A stretch of 64,000 nt of DNA from an uncultured Clostridia bacterium (lineage in GTDB: Bacteria > Bacillota > Clostridia > Christensenellales > UBA1750), in the NCBI GenBank assembly GCA_947625765.1, contig CANQPP010000006.1, positions 8,810 through 72,809 of the forward strand. Direction: 5' to 3'. Shown here in pieces: positions 19,061 through 28,881 of this stretch. The notes under the pieces are model-generated. The model saw only the letters and a program-made list of their open reading frames with translations, made no database searches and was not told the DNA's origin. The number at the start of each line of letters is the position of its first letter. Positions within the stretch are counted from its first letter, which is position 1. A program made the position numbers and the translations under genes.

Positions 19061-19147
19061 CTTTTATTCTCCTCCATTTGTTGAAAAGCAGTGCCTTTTT
19101 TAAGAAGCGCCCGCCGTTCGGCGGGCGCTTTATCGGTCTTTTGCGGG

Positions 19148-19792
19148 TCATTCGGGCCTTTTCAGCCGAATGCGGGCGTGCACCCGCCTGTCGTTGGGCC
19201 GCTCGACCACGGCGGAAACGCCTCCCACGCAGCCCTCCGCGGCGGTGAAGCGGTTGCTTCCCTCGTCGCACTCCAGCACCACGCCCATGTGGCCCGGCGG
19301 GTCGGAGAGGATCACCAGGTCGCCGGGGCAGAGCTCCATCTCCCCCTGCCCGCGCAGGAGGCACAGATCCCGCTCCAGGCCCCAGGTCTCCCAGGCCTCC
19401 GCGTCGCTCAGCTCCTCGCCCTCGTCGGTCTGGCGGGCGGGGTATCCGGCCAGGCGCGCGCAGTGGCAGACGAAGGCGGCGCTCCAGTCCGCCTCCGGGT
19501 CCAGGTCCTTTTCAAAGCGGCTCAGGACGGGGGACAGGTTGCTCTCCAGCCCGCAGAGCGCGCCGTGGAAGCCGCGCAGGGCCTCCCTGCGGGCGATGGT
19601 CACGATGTCGCGGGCGTTCTTCTCCGCAGTCTGCTCCTTCTGGCGGCCGATCTCCTTGGCTAGCGTGCTGCGTGCCTCGTCCCGGGCGATGCGCCGCCGG
19701 AGCAGCAGGATGGCCGCAACGCCGCCCAGCACCACCAGCAGGGACGCCAGCGCCAGCAGCTTTGCCACCAGCATCAACGTATCCTCGTTCAT
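19148..19792 (-). CDS. Membrane-anchored CHAP/NlpC-P60-like domain protein
   Basis: N-terminal TM segment LVAKLLALASLLVVLGGVAAILLL. The Cys motif WSAAFVCHCARLAGYP and the His motif GDLVILSDPPGHMGVV match the CHAP pattern. The start is likely the ATG at 19792 after GGAAGGGAG; the ORF extends to 19810. Confidence 0.6.
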   Translation of the reverse strand: MNEDTLMLVAKLLALASLLVVLGGVAAILLLRRRIARDEARSTLAKEIGRQKEQTAEKNARDIVTIARREALRGFHGALCGLESNLSPVLSRFEKDLDPEADWSAAFVCHCARLAGYPARQTDEGEELSDAEAWETWGLERDLCLLRGQGEMELCPGDLVILSDPPGHMGVVLECDEGSNRFTAAEGCVGGVSAVVERPNDRRVHARIRLKRPE

Positions 19793-19811
19793 GAAGCTCC
19801 CTTCCAACATG

Positions 19812-20822
19812 TCAGTGCACCTTGCCCGCGCGGAACAGGTCGTAATCCTTGAGGGCGGCCTCCAGCAGGGCGGGCGTGTTCAGCTGGTAGGGGCAGCGCT
19901 TCATGCAGGCGCCGCAGTGCAGGCAGTTCTCGATCTTGTGCATTTCCTTGGCGAACTCGTCGCTGACGTAGTGGGCGATGGGCGCGCGGCGCAAAAGCTG
20001 CGGCATGCGGGCGCACAGGTCGATCTGGATGCCCGCCGGGCAGGGCTTGCAGTAGCCGCAGCCGCGGCAGAAGTCGCCCGCCAGGTCCTTGCGGTCCTTC
20101 TCGATCCTCTCCATCATGGCCGCATCCAGCACGGGCGGCTCCTTTTCCAGCGCCAGCACTTCCTCCAATTCGGAAACGCGCTGCATGCCCCAGATGGGCA
20201 CCAGGTTGTCGAAGGGGCGCAGGTACGCCATCGACGGCGCGGCGGATGTCAGCAGCCCGCCTGCCAAGGCCTTCATGGCGATGACGCCTATGTCCATCTC
20301 CCTGCACATGCGCACAAAGTCCAGCTCCTTCTCGGTGGAAAGGGCGGACAGGGGGAACTGGATCGTCTCGTACAGCCCGGTCCTGGCCTCGGCGATGGCT
20401 ACGTCCAGCCTATGGGCGGTGACGCCGATGTGCCGGATCATGCCCTGCTCCTTGGCCCGGAGCATGCAGTTTGCCATCTCGTCGGAGGGCACCTGCGCGG
20501 GGTTGTGGAACTGGTAGATGTCCACGTGGTCGGTCTTCATGCGGGTGAGCGAGAGCTCCAGGTGCTTCCAGAACAGGTCCGGCGTGCTGGAGCCGGTCTT
20601 GGTGGCGATGTAGACCTTGTCGCGCACACCGCTTAAGGCCATGCCGATCTTCTCCTCGGAGTCGGTGTAGGCGTTGGCCGTGTCGAAGAAATTGATGCCG
20701 TTTTCGTAGGCCTTGTAGAGAAGGGCGGCCGCCTCCTCCTTGGGCAGGCGCTGGATGGGCAGCGCGCCAAAGCCCGAGCGGGTGACCATGAGGTTCGTCT
20801 TGCCCAGCCGGATCTTGTCCAT
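19812..20822 (-). CDS. Aldo/keto reductase with a C-terminal 4Fe-4S cluster-binding domain
   Basis: AKR N-terminus GKTNLMVTRSGFGALPIQR...FFDTANAY. Two Cys clusters, CRGCGYCKPCP and CLHCGACMKRCP. The start at 20822 sits behind GGAGGT. Confidence 0.85.
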   Translation of the reverse strand: MDKIRLGKTNLMVTRSGFGALPIQRLPKEEAAALLYKAYENGINFFDTANAYTDSEEKIGMALSGVRDKVYIATKTGSSTPDLFWKHLELSLTRMKTDHVDIYQFHNPAQVPSDEMANCMLRAKEQGMIRHIGVTAHRLDVAIAEARTGLYETIQFPLSALSTEKELDFVRMCREMDIGVIAMKALAGGLLTSAAPSMAYLRPFDNLVPIWGMQRVSELEEVLALEKEPPVLDAAMMERIEKDRKDLAGDFCRGCGYCKPCPAGIQIDLCARMPQLLRRAPIAHYVSDEFAKEMHKIENCLHCGACMKRCPYQLNTPALLEAALKDYDLFRAGKVH

Positions 20823-21016
20823 ATCGTGTTTACCTCCCTGCGTGTTTTGTCCCTGTATGTGTTTTTCTTGAGAGTCCATTTGTTAGATTATACCACGTCG
20901 CTTTACCCCTCCGCCACATATTTTTGCAGCGGCCTTTAACCGGGTCCCGACAGGGTCTTTTAAATAGGAAATCCGTCTTTTGCCCCGAAGAAGTTTCACA
21001 ACATGCCTTTCCTTCA

Positions 21017-21045
21017 TTGACAAGGCTTTGTCCATGTGCTATCAT
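21017..21045 (+). promoter_or_regulatory. Candidate sigma-A promoter of the glg operon
   Basis: TTGACA (21017-21022), 17 nt, then TATCAT (21040-21045) preceded by TGC (extended -10). It lies about 70 nt upstream of the glgB start. Confidence 0.5.
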
Positions 21046-21113
21046 GATATTAACATACTATTTACATGTATGCAAGCGCAACTGCCGCGCGCCGGAAAGG
21101 AGGTCCCAGTTCC

Positions 21114-23027
21114 ATGCAGAAAGCCCGTATGGCAGAGTTTTTCTCCGGCAACTGCATCGACGCCTACAAGGAGCTGGGCAGCCACCCCTACGGCGACGGC
21201 TACCGCTTTTCCGTCTACGCCCCGAACGCTTCCTCCGTGAGCCTGGTGGGCGATTTCAACGGCTGGCAGGAGGGCGCGACCCCCATGAAGCGCCGGGACG
21301 GCGGCTTCTTCGACGTGGTCGTCCCCGGTCTGCCGCAGTTTTCCTCCTACAAGTACGCCGTGCGCAGCGCGGAGGGTCTGCACCTAAAGGCCGACCCCTA
21401 CGCCTTCCACGCCGAGACACGCCCCGCCACCGCCTCCAAAACCTTCGACCCCCGCTCCTACGCCTGGAAGGACCGCGCCTGGATGAAGAAGCGCGCCTCC
21501 ACCGACCTGTACAAGAGCCCGGTCAGCATCTACGAGGTGCACTTGGGTTCCTGGCGGCTGGACGAGCAGGGTCGTCTGTACACCTACGAGCGCATGGCCG
21601 ACGAGCTGGTGCCCTACGTTAAGGAGATGGGCTTCACCCACGTGGAGCTGCTTCCCGTGATGGAGCACCCCTTCGACCTCTCCTGGGGCTACCAGGTCAC
21701 CGGCTTCTTCGCGGCCAACTCCCGCTTCGGCGACCCCAACGGCCTGAAGGCCCTGATCGACCGCTTCCACCAGGCGGGGATCGGCGTCATACTGGACTGG
21801 GTGCCCGCCCACTTCCCCAAGGACGAGCACGGCCTGTACCGCTTCGACGGCACGCCACTCTACGAGGGCGGCGACCCCACCAGGGCGGAGAACCCCTCCT
21901 GGGGCACCTGCATGTTCGACGTGGGCCGGCCGGAGGTCTCCTCCTTCCTGCTCTCCAGCGCCCTGTACTGGCTCAAGGAGTTCCACGCCGACGGCCTGCG
22001 GGTGGACGCGGTCTCCTACATGCTCTATCTCGATTACGGCCGCGAGCCCGGCGCCTGGCACCCCAACACCTACGGCGACAACCGGAACCTGGAATCCATC
22101 GCCTTCTTCCAGAAGCTCAACACGCTGGCCTACCGCGAGGCCCCCGGCGTGCTCATGGCCGCGGAGGAGGCCACCGCCTACGACGGCGTGACCCGCCCCG
22201 TGCATTTAGGCGGCCTGGGCTTCGGCTTTAAGTGGGACATGGGCTGGATGCACGACACGCTGGACTACATGGCCCTGGACCCCATCTACCGCAAGTACCA
22301 CCACGACAAGATCACGTTCTCGATGATGTACGCCTTCAACGAGAGCTTCATCCTTCCCTTCTCCCACGACGAGGTCGTGCACGGCAAGCATTCCATGCTG
22401 GACAAGATGCCCGGCGACCGCTGGCAGAAGTTCGCCTCCCTGCGGGCGCTGTACGGCTACATGTACGCCCATCCCGGCAAGAAGCTGCTGTTCATGGGCG
22501 GCGAGTTCGGCCAGTTCATCGAGTGGAAGGAGCTGGAGCAGCTGGACTGGTTCCTGCTGTTGTATGAGATGCACCCGGACATGCAGCGCTACACAGCCGC
22601 GCTCAACCGCTTCTATACTGAGAACCCGCCCATGTTTGAGGTGGATACCTCCTGGGACGGCTTCACCTGGTGCAACGCCGACGACCGGGACCACTCCGTC
22701 TTCTCCTTCCTGCGAAAGGATCTATCCGGCGGACAGATCCTCTGCGTCATCAACTTTACCCCCGCCACCTACGACGGCTTCCGCATCGGCATGCCCAGGG
22801 CTGGCGTGGTGGAGCAGCTTCTCTGCTCGGACGAGACCCGCTTCGGCGGCTCCGGCAAGCAGGGGCTGGCCTACCCGGCGCGCACCCAGGACGTCCCCTT
22901 CGACGGCCACAGGTACAGCGTCCAGCTGGGCATCCCTCCCCTTTCCTGCGTCTATTACCGCTTCACCCCGTACCGGGGCTTCCATCCCAGGCGCCGCCAC
23001 GGGCAAAAAGCGGTGAAGGAACCATAG
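21114..23027 (+). CDS. glgB: 1,4-alpha-glucan branching enzyme
   Basis: GH13 branching-enzyme pattern (YEVHLGSW, GFTHVELLPV, DWVPAHF, GLRVDAV, EESTA-like AEEATA). The ATG at 21114 sits behind AAGGAGG. Confidence 0.95.
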   Translation: MQKARMAEFFSGNCIDAYKELGSHPYGDGYRFSVYAPNASSVSLVGDFNGWQEGATPMKRRDGGFFDVVVPGLPQFSSYKYAVRSAEGLHLKADPYAFHAETRPATASKTFDPRSYAWKDRAWMKKRASTDLYKSPVSIYEVHLGSWRLDEQGRLYTYERMADELVPYVKEMGFTHVELLPVMEHPFDLSWGYQVTGFFAANSRFGDPNGLKALIDRFHQAGIGVILDWVPAHFPKDEHGLYRFDGTPLYEGGDPTRAENPSWGTCMFDVGRPEVSSFLLSSALYWLKEFHADGLRVDAVSYMLYLDYGREPGAWHPNTYGDNRNLESIAFFQKLNTLAYREAPGVLMAAEEATAYDGVTRPVHLGGLGFGFKWDMGWMHDTLDYMALDPIYRKYHHDKITFSMMYAFNESFILPFSHDEVVHGKHSMLDKMPGDRWQKFASLRALYGYMYAHPGKKLLFMGGEFGQFIEWKELEQLDWFLLLYEMHPDMQRYTAALNRFYTENPPMFEVDTSWDGFTWCNADDRDHSVFSFLRKDLSGGQILCVINFTPATYDGFRIGMPRAGVVEQLLCSDETRFGGSGKQGLAYPARTQDVPFDGHRYSVQLGIPPLSCVYYRFTPYRGFHPRRRHGQKAVKEP

Positions 23028-23086
23028 ATCAAACTTCAACGCTTAAGCCGCATTGAAGAAGCCATTAGAAAAGAGGGTGTATCTTC

Positions 23087-24280
<1,194 letters not shown>

Positions 24281-24294
24281 AGGGGGAAGATACA

Positions 24295-25416
24295 ATGAAG
24301 GATACCTTCGGTCTCATCTATACCTCCCACAGCGACATGTACCTGCGGGAGTTGACCCGTTCCCGTTCCATCGCGGCCATGCCCTTTGGCGGCCGCTACC
24401 GCGTGATCGACGTTCTGCTTTCCAACATGGTCCATTCGGGCATCCACAACGTGGGTCTGGTCACCCAGCGCAACTACCACGCGCTGATGGACCACCTGGG
24501 CTCCGGCAAGGAGTGGGATCTGGACAGGAAGCGCGACGGCCTGTTCATACTGCCGCCCTACGTCACCAAGGAGAACACCGGCTCCTACACCGGCCTGCTG
24601 GACGCCCTGCGCTCCAACATCGGCTACATCCGCCGCTCCGCCCAGAGGTACGTGGTCGTCTGCGGCTCGGATATCCTGTTCAACACCACCTTCGACGGCT
24701 TCCTCGAGCAGCACATCCGCACCAAGGCGGACATCACCGTGATGTACAACGTGCCCGACGAGGAGGAGCTGCGCGAGCAGGCCGAGCGCACCCATCTCAA
24801 GATGGACGAGGACGGCCGCATCGTGGACGTGGAGTTCTCCCCCATCCTGCACACCTACCCGGCGGTCTCCACCAACGTCTACATCATGGACAAGTCCTTC
24901 CTCATGTACCTCCTGGAGGTCTCCGCCGCCCACGGCCGCACCGACTTCGTGCGCGACGTGCTGATGACCCAGGTCAACAACTTAAAGATCTACGGCTACA
25001 AGCTGGAAGGGTACGTAAAGCGCATCGAGTCCATCGTCTCCTACTACCAGCTGAACATGGACCTTCTGGACGAGGGCATCCGCACCCAGCTGCTCTCCAA
25101 GCCCAACCCCGTCTACACCAAGGTCAAGGACGAGGTGCCCGCCCGCTACGAGACCGGCGCCCGCGTGTCCAACTCCCTGGTGGCCGACGGCTGCATCGTC
25201 GAGGGCGAGGTGGAAAACTCCGTCCTGTTCCGCGGCGTGCGCGTGGGCCGGGGCTGCAAGGTGCAGAACTGCATCCTCATGCAGGGCGTGGAGGTGCAGG
25301 ACGGCGCGCAGCTGTCCCACGTGGTGGCGGATAAGGACGCCTTCATCAAGCGGGACCGCCGCCTGATGGGCCAGCCCTCCTTCCCCATCGTGATCGAAAA
25401 GAACGCCATCATCTGA
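24295..25416 (+). CDS. glgD: Glucose-1-phosphate adenylyltransferase regulatory subunit GlgD
   Basis: A GlgC paralogue with a degenerate nucleotide-binding loop (RSIAAMPFGGRYRVIDVLLSN). It is positioned between glgC and glgA, as in Firmicutes. Confidence 0.9.
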   Translation: MKDTFGLIYTSHSDMYLRELTRSRSIAAMPFGGRYRVIDVLLSNMVHSGIHNVGLVTQRNYHALMDHLGSGKEWDLDRKRDGLFILPPYVTKENTGSYTGLLDALRSNIGYIRRSAQRYVVVCGSDILFNTTFDGFLEQHIRTKADITVMYNVPDEEELREQAERTHLKMDEDGRIVDVEFSPILHTYPAVSTNVYIMDKSFLMYLLEVSAAHGRTDFVRDVLMTQVNNLKIYGYKLEGYVKRIESIVSYYQLNMDLLDEGIRTQLLSKPNPVYTKVKDEVPARYETGARVSNSLVADGCIVEGEVENSVLFRGVRVGRGCKVQNCILMQGVEVQDGAQLSHVVADKDAFIKRDRRLMGQPSFPIVIEKNAII

Positions 25417-25468
25417 CCCCGTTCCCGTCCTAGCAAGCGACAAACGGAAAAGGGAGGAATGAAGCCTT

Positions 25469-26914
25469 ATGAAAGTTCTGTTTGCAGCGTCGGAATGCGT
25501 CCCCTTCGTCAAGACCGGCGGCCTGGCGGATGTGGTGGGTGCGCTGCCCAAGGTCCTTGCCCGCGAGGGCGCGCAGGTCCGCGTGATCCTGCCCCTGTAC
25601 AGGGACGTGGGCCCCGAATGGCGCGAGAAGATGACCCACGTGCTCTATACCTACATCAACCTAGGCTGGCGCAGGCAGTACTGCGGCGTGGAGAGCCTGG
25701 AGCTGGACGGCATCACCTACTACTTCATCGACAACGAGTATTACTTTAACCGGCCCTCCGTCTACGGCTGGGGCGGCGACGAGGGCGAGCGATTCGCCTT
25801 CTTCGACCGCGCCGTTCTGGAGGTCCTGCCCATGCTGGACTTCCAGCCGGACGTGCTCCACTGCCACGACTGGCAGACCGGCATGATCCCGGTGCTGCTC
25901 AAGCGGCAGTATTCCGCCCTGCCCTTCTACGCGGGCACCCGCACCATGTTCACCATCCACAACCTGCAGTACCAGGGCGTGTTCGGCATCGACTACATGG
26001 AAGACCTGCTGAACCTGGGCTGGGACGCCTACACGGACGATAAGCTGGAGTTCTTCGGCGCCTGCTCCTTCATGAAGGGCGGCCTGGTCTACTCCGACGA
26101 GATCACCACCGTCTCCCCCACCTACGCCCGCGAGATCCAGACCGCCTACTACGGCGAGCGCCTGGACGGCCTGCTCTCCGCCCGCCAGAACTCCCTGAGC
26201 GGCGTGCTCAATGGCATCGACGTGGATGACTACAACCCCTCCAAGGACCCGCTGATCGCCAAGACCTACAACGTGGTCTCCCACCGCAAGGGCAAGGCCG
26301 AGAACAAGGCCGCCCTGCAGAGAGAGCTGGGCCTGGAGGAGCGGCCGGACGTGCCCCTGATCGGCATTATCTCCCGCCTGGCCTCCCAGAAGGGCTTCGA
26401 CCTGATCGAGTACGTGCTCTCCGAGATCATGGACCTGGACGTGCAGCTGGTGGTCCTGGGCAAGGGCGAGGAAAAGTACGTGAACCTCTTCGGCTGGGCC
26501 GCCTATCGCTACGGCGGAAAGCTGGCCGCCCGCATCGAGATGAACAACGCGCTGGCCCACAAGATCTACGCGGGCTGCGACCTGTTCCTCATGCCCTCGG
26601 CCTTTGAGCCCTGCGGCCTGTCCCAGATGATCTCCATGCGCTACGGCACGCTGCCCATCGTCCGCGAGACCGGCGGCCTCAAGGACACCGTGGAGCCCAT
26701 CAACCCCACCACCGGCGAGGGCACGGGCTTTACCTTCTACAGCTACAACGCCCACGACATGCTCGACGCCATCCGCCGCGCCGTGGACCTGTACCGCAAC
26801 GACGACAAGACCTTCCACAAGGCCATCCGCAGCGCCATGAAGCAGGACTTCACCTGGACCGCCTCGGCCAGGGAATACTTAAAGCTCTACGACCGACTCT
26901 GCGCGGACCGCTGA
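25469..26914 (+). CDS. glgA: Glycogen synthase (ADP-glucose type)
   Basis: MKVLFAASECVPFVKTGGLADVVGALP N-terminal signature. GT5 family C-terminal motifs are present. Confidence 0.95.
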   Translation: MKVLFAASECVPFVKTGGLADVVGALPKVLAREGAQVRVILPLYRDVGPEWREKMTHVLYTYINLGWRRQYCGVESLELDGITYYFIDNEYYFNRPSVYGWGGDEGERFAFFDRAVLEVLPMLDFQPDVLHCHDWQTGMIPVLLKRQYSALPFYAGTRTMFTIHNLQYQGVFGIDYMEDLLNLGWDAYTDDKLEFFGACSFMKGGLVYSDEITTVSPTYAREIQTAYYGERLDGLLSARQNSLSGVLNGIDVDDYNPSKDPLIAKTYNVVSHRKGKAENKAALQRELGLEERPDVPLIGIISRLASQKGFDLIEYVLSEIMDLDVQLVVLGKGEEKYVNLFGWAAYRYGGKLAARIEMNNALAHKIYAGCDLFLMPSAFEPCGLSQMISMRYGTLPIVRETGGLKDTVEPINPTTGEGTGFTFYSYNAHDMLDAIRRAVDLYRNDDKTFHKAIRSAMKQDFTWTASAREYLKLYDRLCADR

Positions 26915-26946
26915 CCGATCGGCCAAAACAGCGCTTAAACCCACAA

Positions 26947-26984
26947 AAGGATGGTGTGCCTCCACGGCATACCATCCTTTTTCT
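26947..26984 (+). terminator. Rho-independent terminator after glgA
   Basis: aaggatggtgtgcc-tcca-cggcataccatcctt (one mismatch) followed by tttc. Confidence 0.65.
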
Positions 26985-27011
26985 TTGCCTTCTCCGCTTC
27001 CCGCATCCCCG

Positions 27012-27400
27012 TTTCCCATCGGAAAAAAAAGACCCGCCCCGCCACGGAAATCCTGTGCAGGACCGCAAGCGCAGCGCCTTTTCCCATTGGAAAGCAGAAA
27101 CCAACTGCCCACGAAACGACGGTCGAGCAAGCGTGTGCAAACGCAAAGCCTTTTTCATCGGAAAACGGGACCCGGCCGTCCATGGAACGACGGCCGAACG
27201 AGTGCGCACAAGCATGGAGCCTTTAACATGAAAAGGAAACGGCCACCCGGGGGAACGGTCATTCACGAGAACGACTCTCGAACGCTGTTTTTTCATTAGG
27301 TAATGGAGATTGCCCCCACAGAGCGACGGTTGCGCAAACGGCCTGCAAGCGCAGCTTCTTTTTCCGTTGGAAACCACGCAAGCGGCGGTCCGGCCCTTTC
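27012..27400. repeat. Array of about six degenerate tandem repeats with a 66-72 bp period
   Basis: Units start at 27012, 27079, 27151, 27222, 27288 and 27359, with a partial unit at 27397. Each starts with a small T/A hairpin (TTTCC-N3-4-GGAAA or TTTTC-N4-GAAAA). Each unit also contains a GAAACGACGG-like core and ends in GCAAGCGCAGC-like sequence. Confidence 0.7.
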
Positions 27401-27403
27401 CCA

Positions 27404-27625
27404 TTATTCCTCCGGCTTCTCCGCCCTCTGGAACTCCAGAATGTCCCCCGGCTGGCAGTCCAGCACGTCGCAGATCGCCTCCAGCGTGGAAAAGCGTATG
27501 GCGCTGATGTGCCCGTTCTTGAGCCGCGACAGGTTCACGTTCGCCACGCCCACCCTCTCGGACAGCTCGTTCAGGGACATCTTCCGCGCCGCCATCACGC
27601 GGTCCAATCGCAGCACGATCGGCAT
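27404..27625 (-). CDS. XRE-family helix-turn-helix transcriptional regulator (YozG-like short form)
   Basis: 73 aa. RLDRVMAARKMSLNELSERVGVANVNLSRLKNG is a classic HTH_XRE sequence. It lies 12 bp downstream of a DUF2975-type membrane protein gene, a recurrent pair. Confidence 0.9.
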   Translation of the reverse strand: MPIVLRLDRVMAARKMSLNELSERVGVANVNLSRLKNGHISAIRFSTLEAICDVLDCQPGDILEFQRAEKPEE

Positions 27626-27637
27626 GTCTCTCCCCCC

Positions 27638-28252
27638 TTACAGCGTCTCGTCGGACAGCCTCTGCAGCTCCTCCCCGTAGCGGAAGACGCAGGAGAGCAG
27701 GAGCAGCACCAGGAACACCACCACGAAATCCGCCTGGAACGTGTAGTTGACGGTCACCGAGCGGAAGGCGCTGTTTTCCAGCAGGCGCTCGATGTCAAAG
27801 ACCCGCGGAAGGCTCCAGTCCTCGATCAGCCCGATCCCGTTCTGCACCGCCCCAAGGCCCAGGCTCAAGAACGCCAGCCTGCGGATCTCCCCGCTCACGC
27901 CGGAGGCAAAGGGCGTCCCCGCCGCCATCGTGCGCAGTATCTTCCGCAAGATGGCCAGCGCCCACCAGAGCAGCGCCGCAAACAGCGCCGCGGCGGCCAG
28001 CACGCTCCAGGCGTAGAGCAGCAGCGCGCCGCCGTCCGCGGCCACCTCCCCCGCAAATTCAAAGCTGAGCGAGCCTATCCGCAGCGCGTTGGAGTCCGTC
28101 CGCAGCAGCTCCGGCCGCCCAAAAGCGTTCAGCACGGTCAATACGGTCAGCAGCGCCGCCGCGAGGGCGACTACCCCCGCCGCGAGGCACTGCAGGATCT
28201 TCAGCAGCCTCTCCAGCAAACCTGCCGTCCGGGCCATCTTTTGCAGTTCCAT
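27638..28252 (-). CDS. DUF2975-like polytopic membrane protein
   Basis: Four to five hydrophobic helices. It is paired with the YozG-like regulator. The start is set at the ATG at 28252, 8 nt after AGGAGGG; the ORF extends to 28270. Confidence 0.7.
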   Translation of the reverse strand: MELQKMARTAGLLERLLKILQCLAAGVVALAAALLTVLTVLNAFGRPELLRTDSNALRIGSLSFEFAGEVAADGGALLLYAWSVLAAAALFAALLWWALAILRKILRTMAAGTPFASGVSGEIRRLAFLSLGLGAVQNGIGLIEDWSLPRVFDIERLLENSAFRSVTVNYTFQADFVVVFLVLLLLSCVFRYGEELQRLSDETL

Positions 28253-28272
28253 TCCACATACCCTCCTCATAA

Positions 28273-28349
28273 TTAACGTTTATCGTTAAATACAAGGATA
28301 GCAGAAGCCCCGCCCGCTGTCAAGACATTTTTTAACGATTATCGTAAAA
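28273..28349 (-). promoter_or_regulatory. Promoter flanked by two copies of an 18-bp palindrome-containing motif (candidate operators)
   Basis: Minus strand: TTGACA (28323..28318), 17 nt, TATCCT (28300..28295). The sites are TTAACGTTTATCGTTAAA (28273-28290) and TTAACGATTATCGTAAAA (28332-28349), 16/18 identical, and each contains an inverted repeat. Confidence 0.45.
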
Positions 28350-28441
28350 AATACATGTGCTCCCTTCCCCGTGACCGCAGCGCAGGCCCCACGAAAAAGC
28401 AGGCCCCCGCGCTTGCAGGGGCCTGCTTTTCGTTCAAGATG

Positions 28442-28852
28442 TTACTCTTCCTCGGGGAACAGTTCCTTCCCGCAGGCGGGGCAGGGGTGCTCGCCCTCCA
28501 TGTCGAAGTCCTTGGGATCGTAGTAGACGACCTCGCCGCAGTGGGGGCAGGCGTACTCGATGTAGTCGTCGTCCTCCATCTGCTCGGCGTCCTCGTCGTC
28601 GTCCTCCTCGTCTTCCTCGTCCTCTTCGTCCTCGTAGACGATGTCCTCCACGTCCGCCAGGTCGTCGCTCACCTGGTCGATGGCCTCCTCGGCGTCCTGC
28701 AGGCGGGTCTCCAGCGCCTGCACGGCCTCGGCGGTCTCGGTGAGGGCGTCCAGAAGGGCCAGGATCAGCTTATGGTCCGGTGTGTCGGGATGGATGTCCA
28801 TCCCCTCGGCGATCCCTTTTAGGTAGGCCGCCTTTTCCGTCAGCTTGCTCAT
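28442..28852 (-). CDS. Acidic protein with a C-terminal zinc ribbon
   Basis: 136 aa. It has a D/E run (YEDEEDEEDEEDDDEDAEQMEDDDY) followed by CPHCGEVVYYD...CPACGKELF. Confidence 0.7.
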   Translation of the reverse strand: MSKLTEKAAYLKGIAEGMDIHPDTPDHKLILALLDALTETAEAVQALETRLQDAEEAIDQVSDDLADVEDIVYEDEEDEEDEEDDDEDAEQMEDDDYIEYACPHCGEVVYYDPKDFDMEGEHPCPACGKELFPEEE

Positions 28853-28881
28853 CGGCGTTTTCTCCTTTAATTCGGGCCCGA

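Noticed and set aside
27012-27400. Possible CRISPR array
   Set aside because: The repeats are about 70 bp long, contiguous (no unique spacers) and only loosely conserved. No cas genes or leader are nearby. It is reported as a tandem repeat instead.
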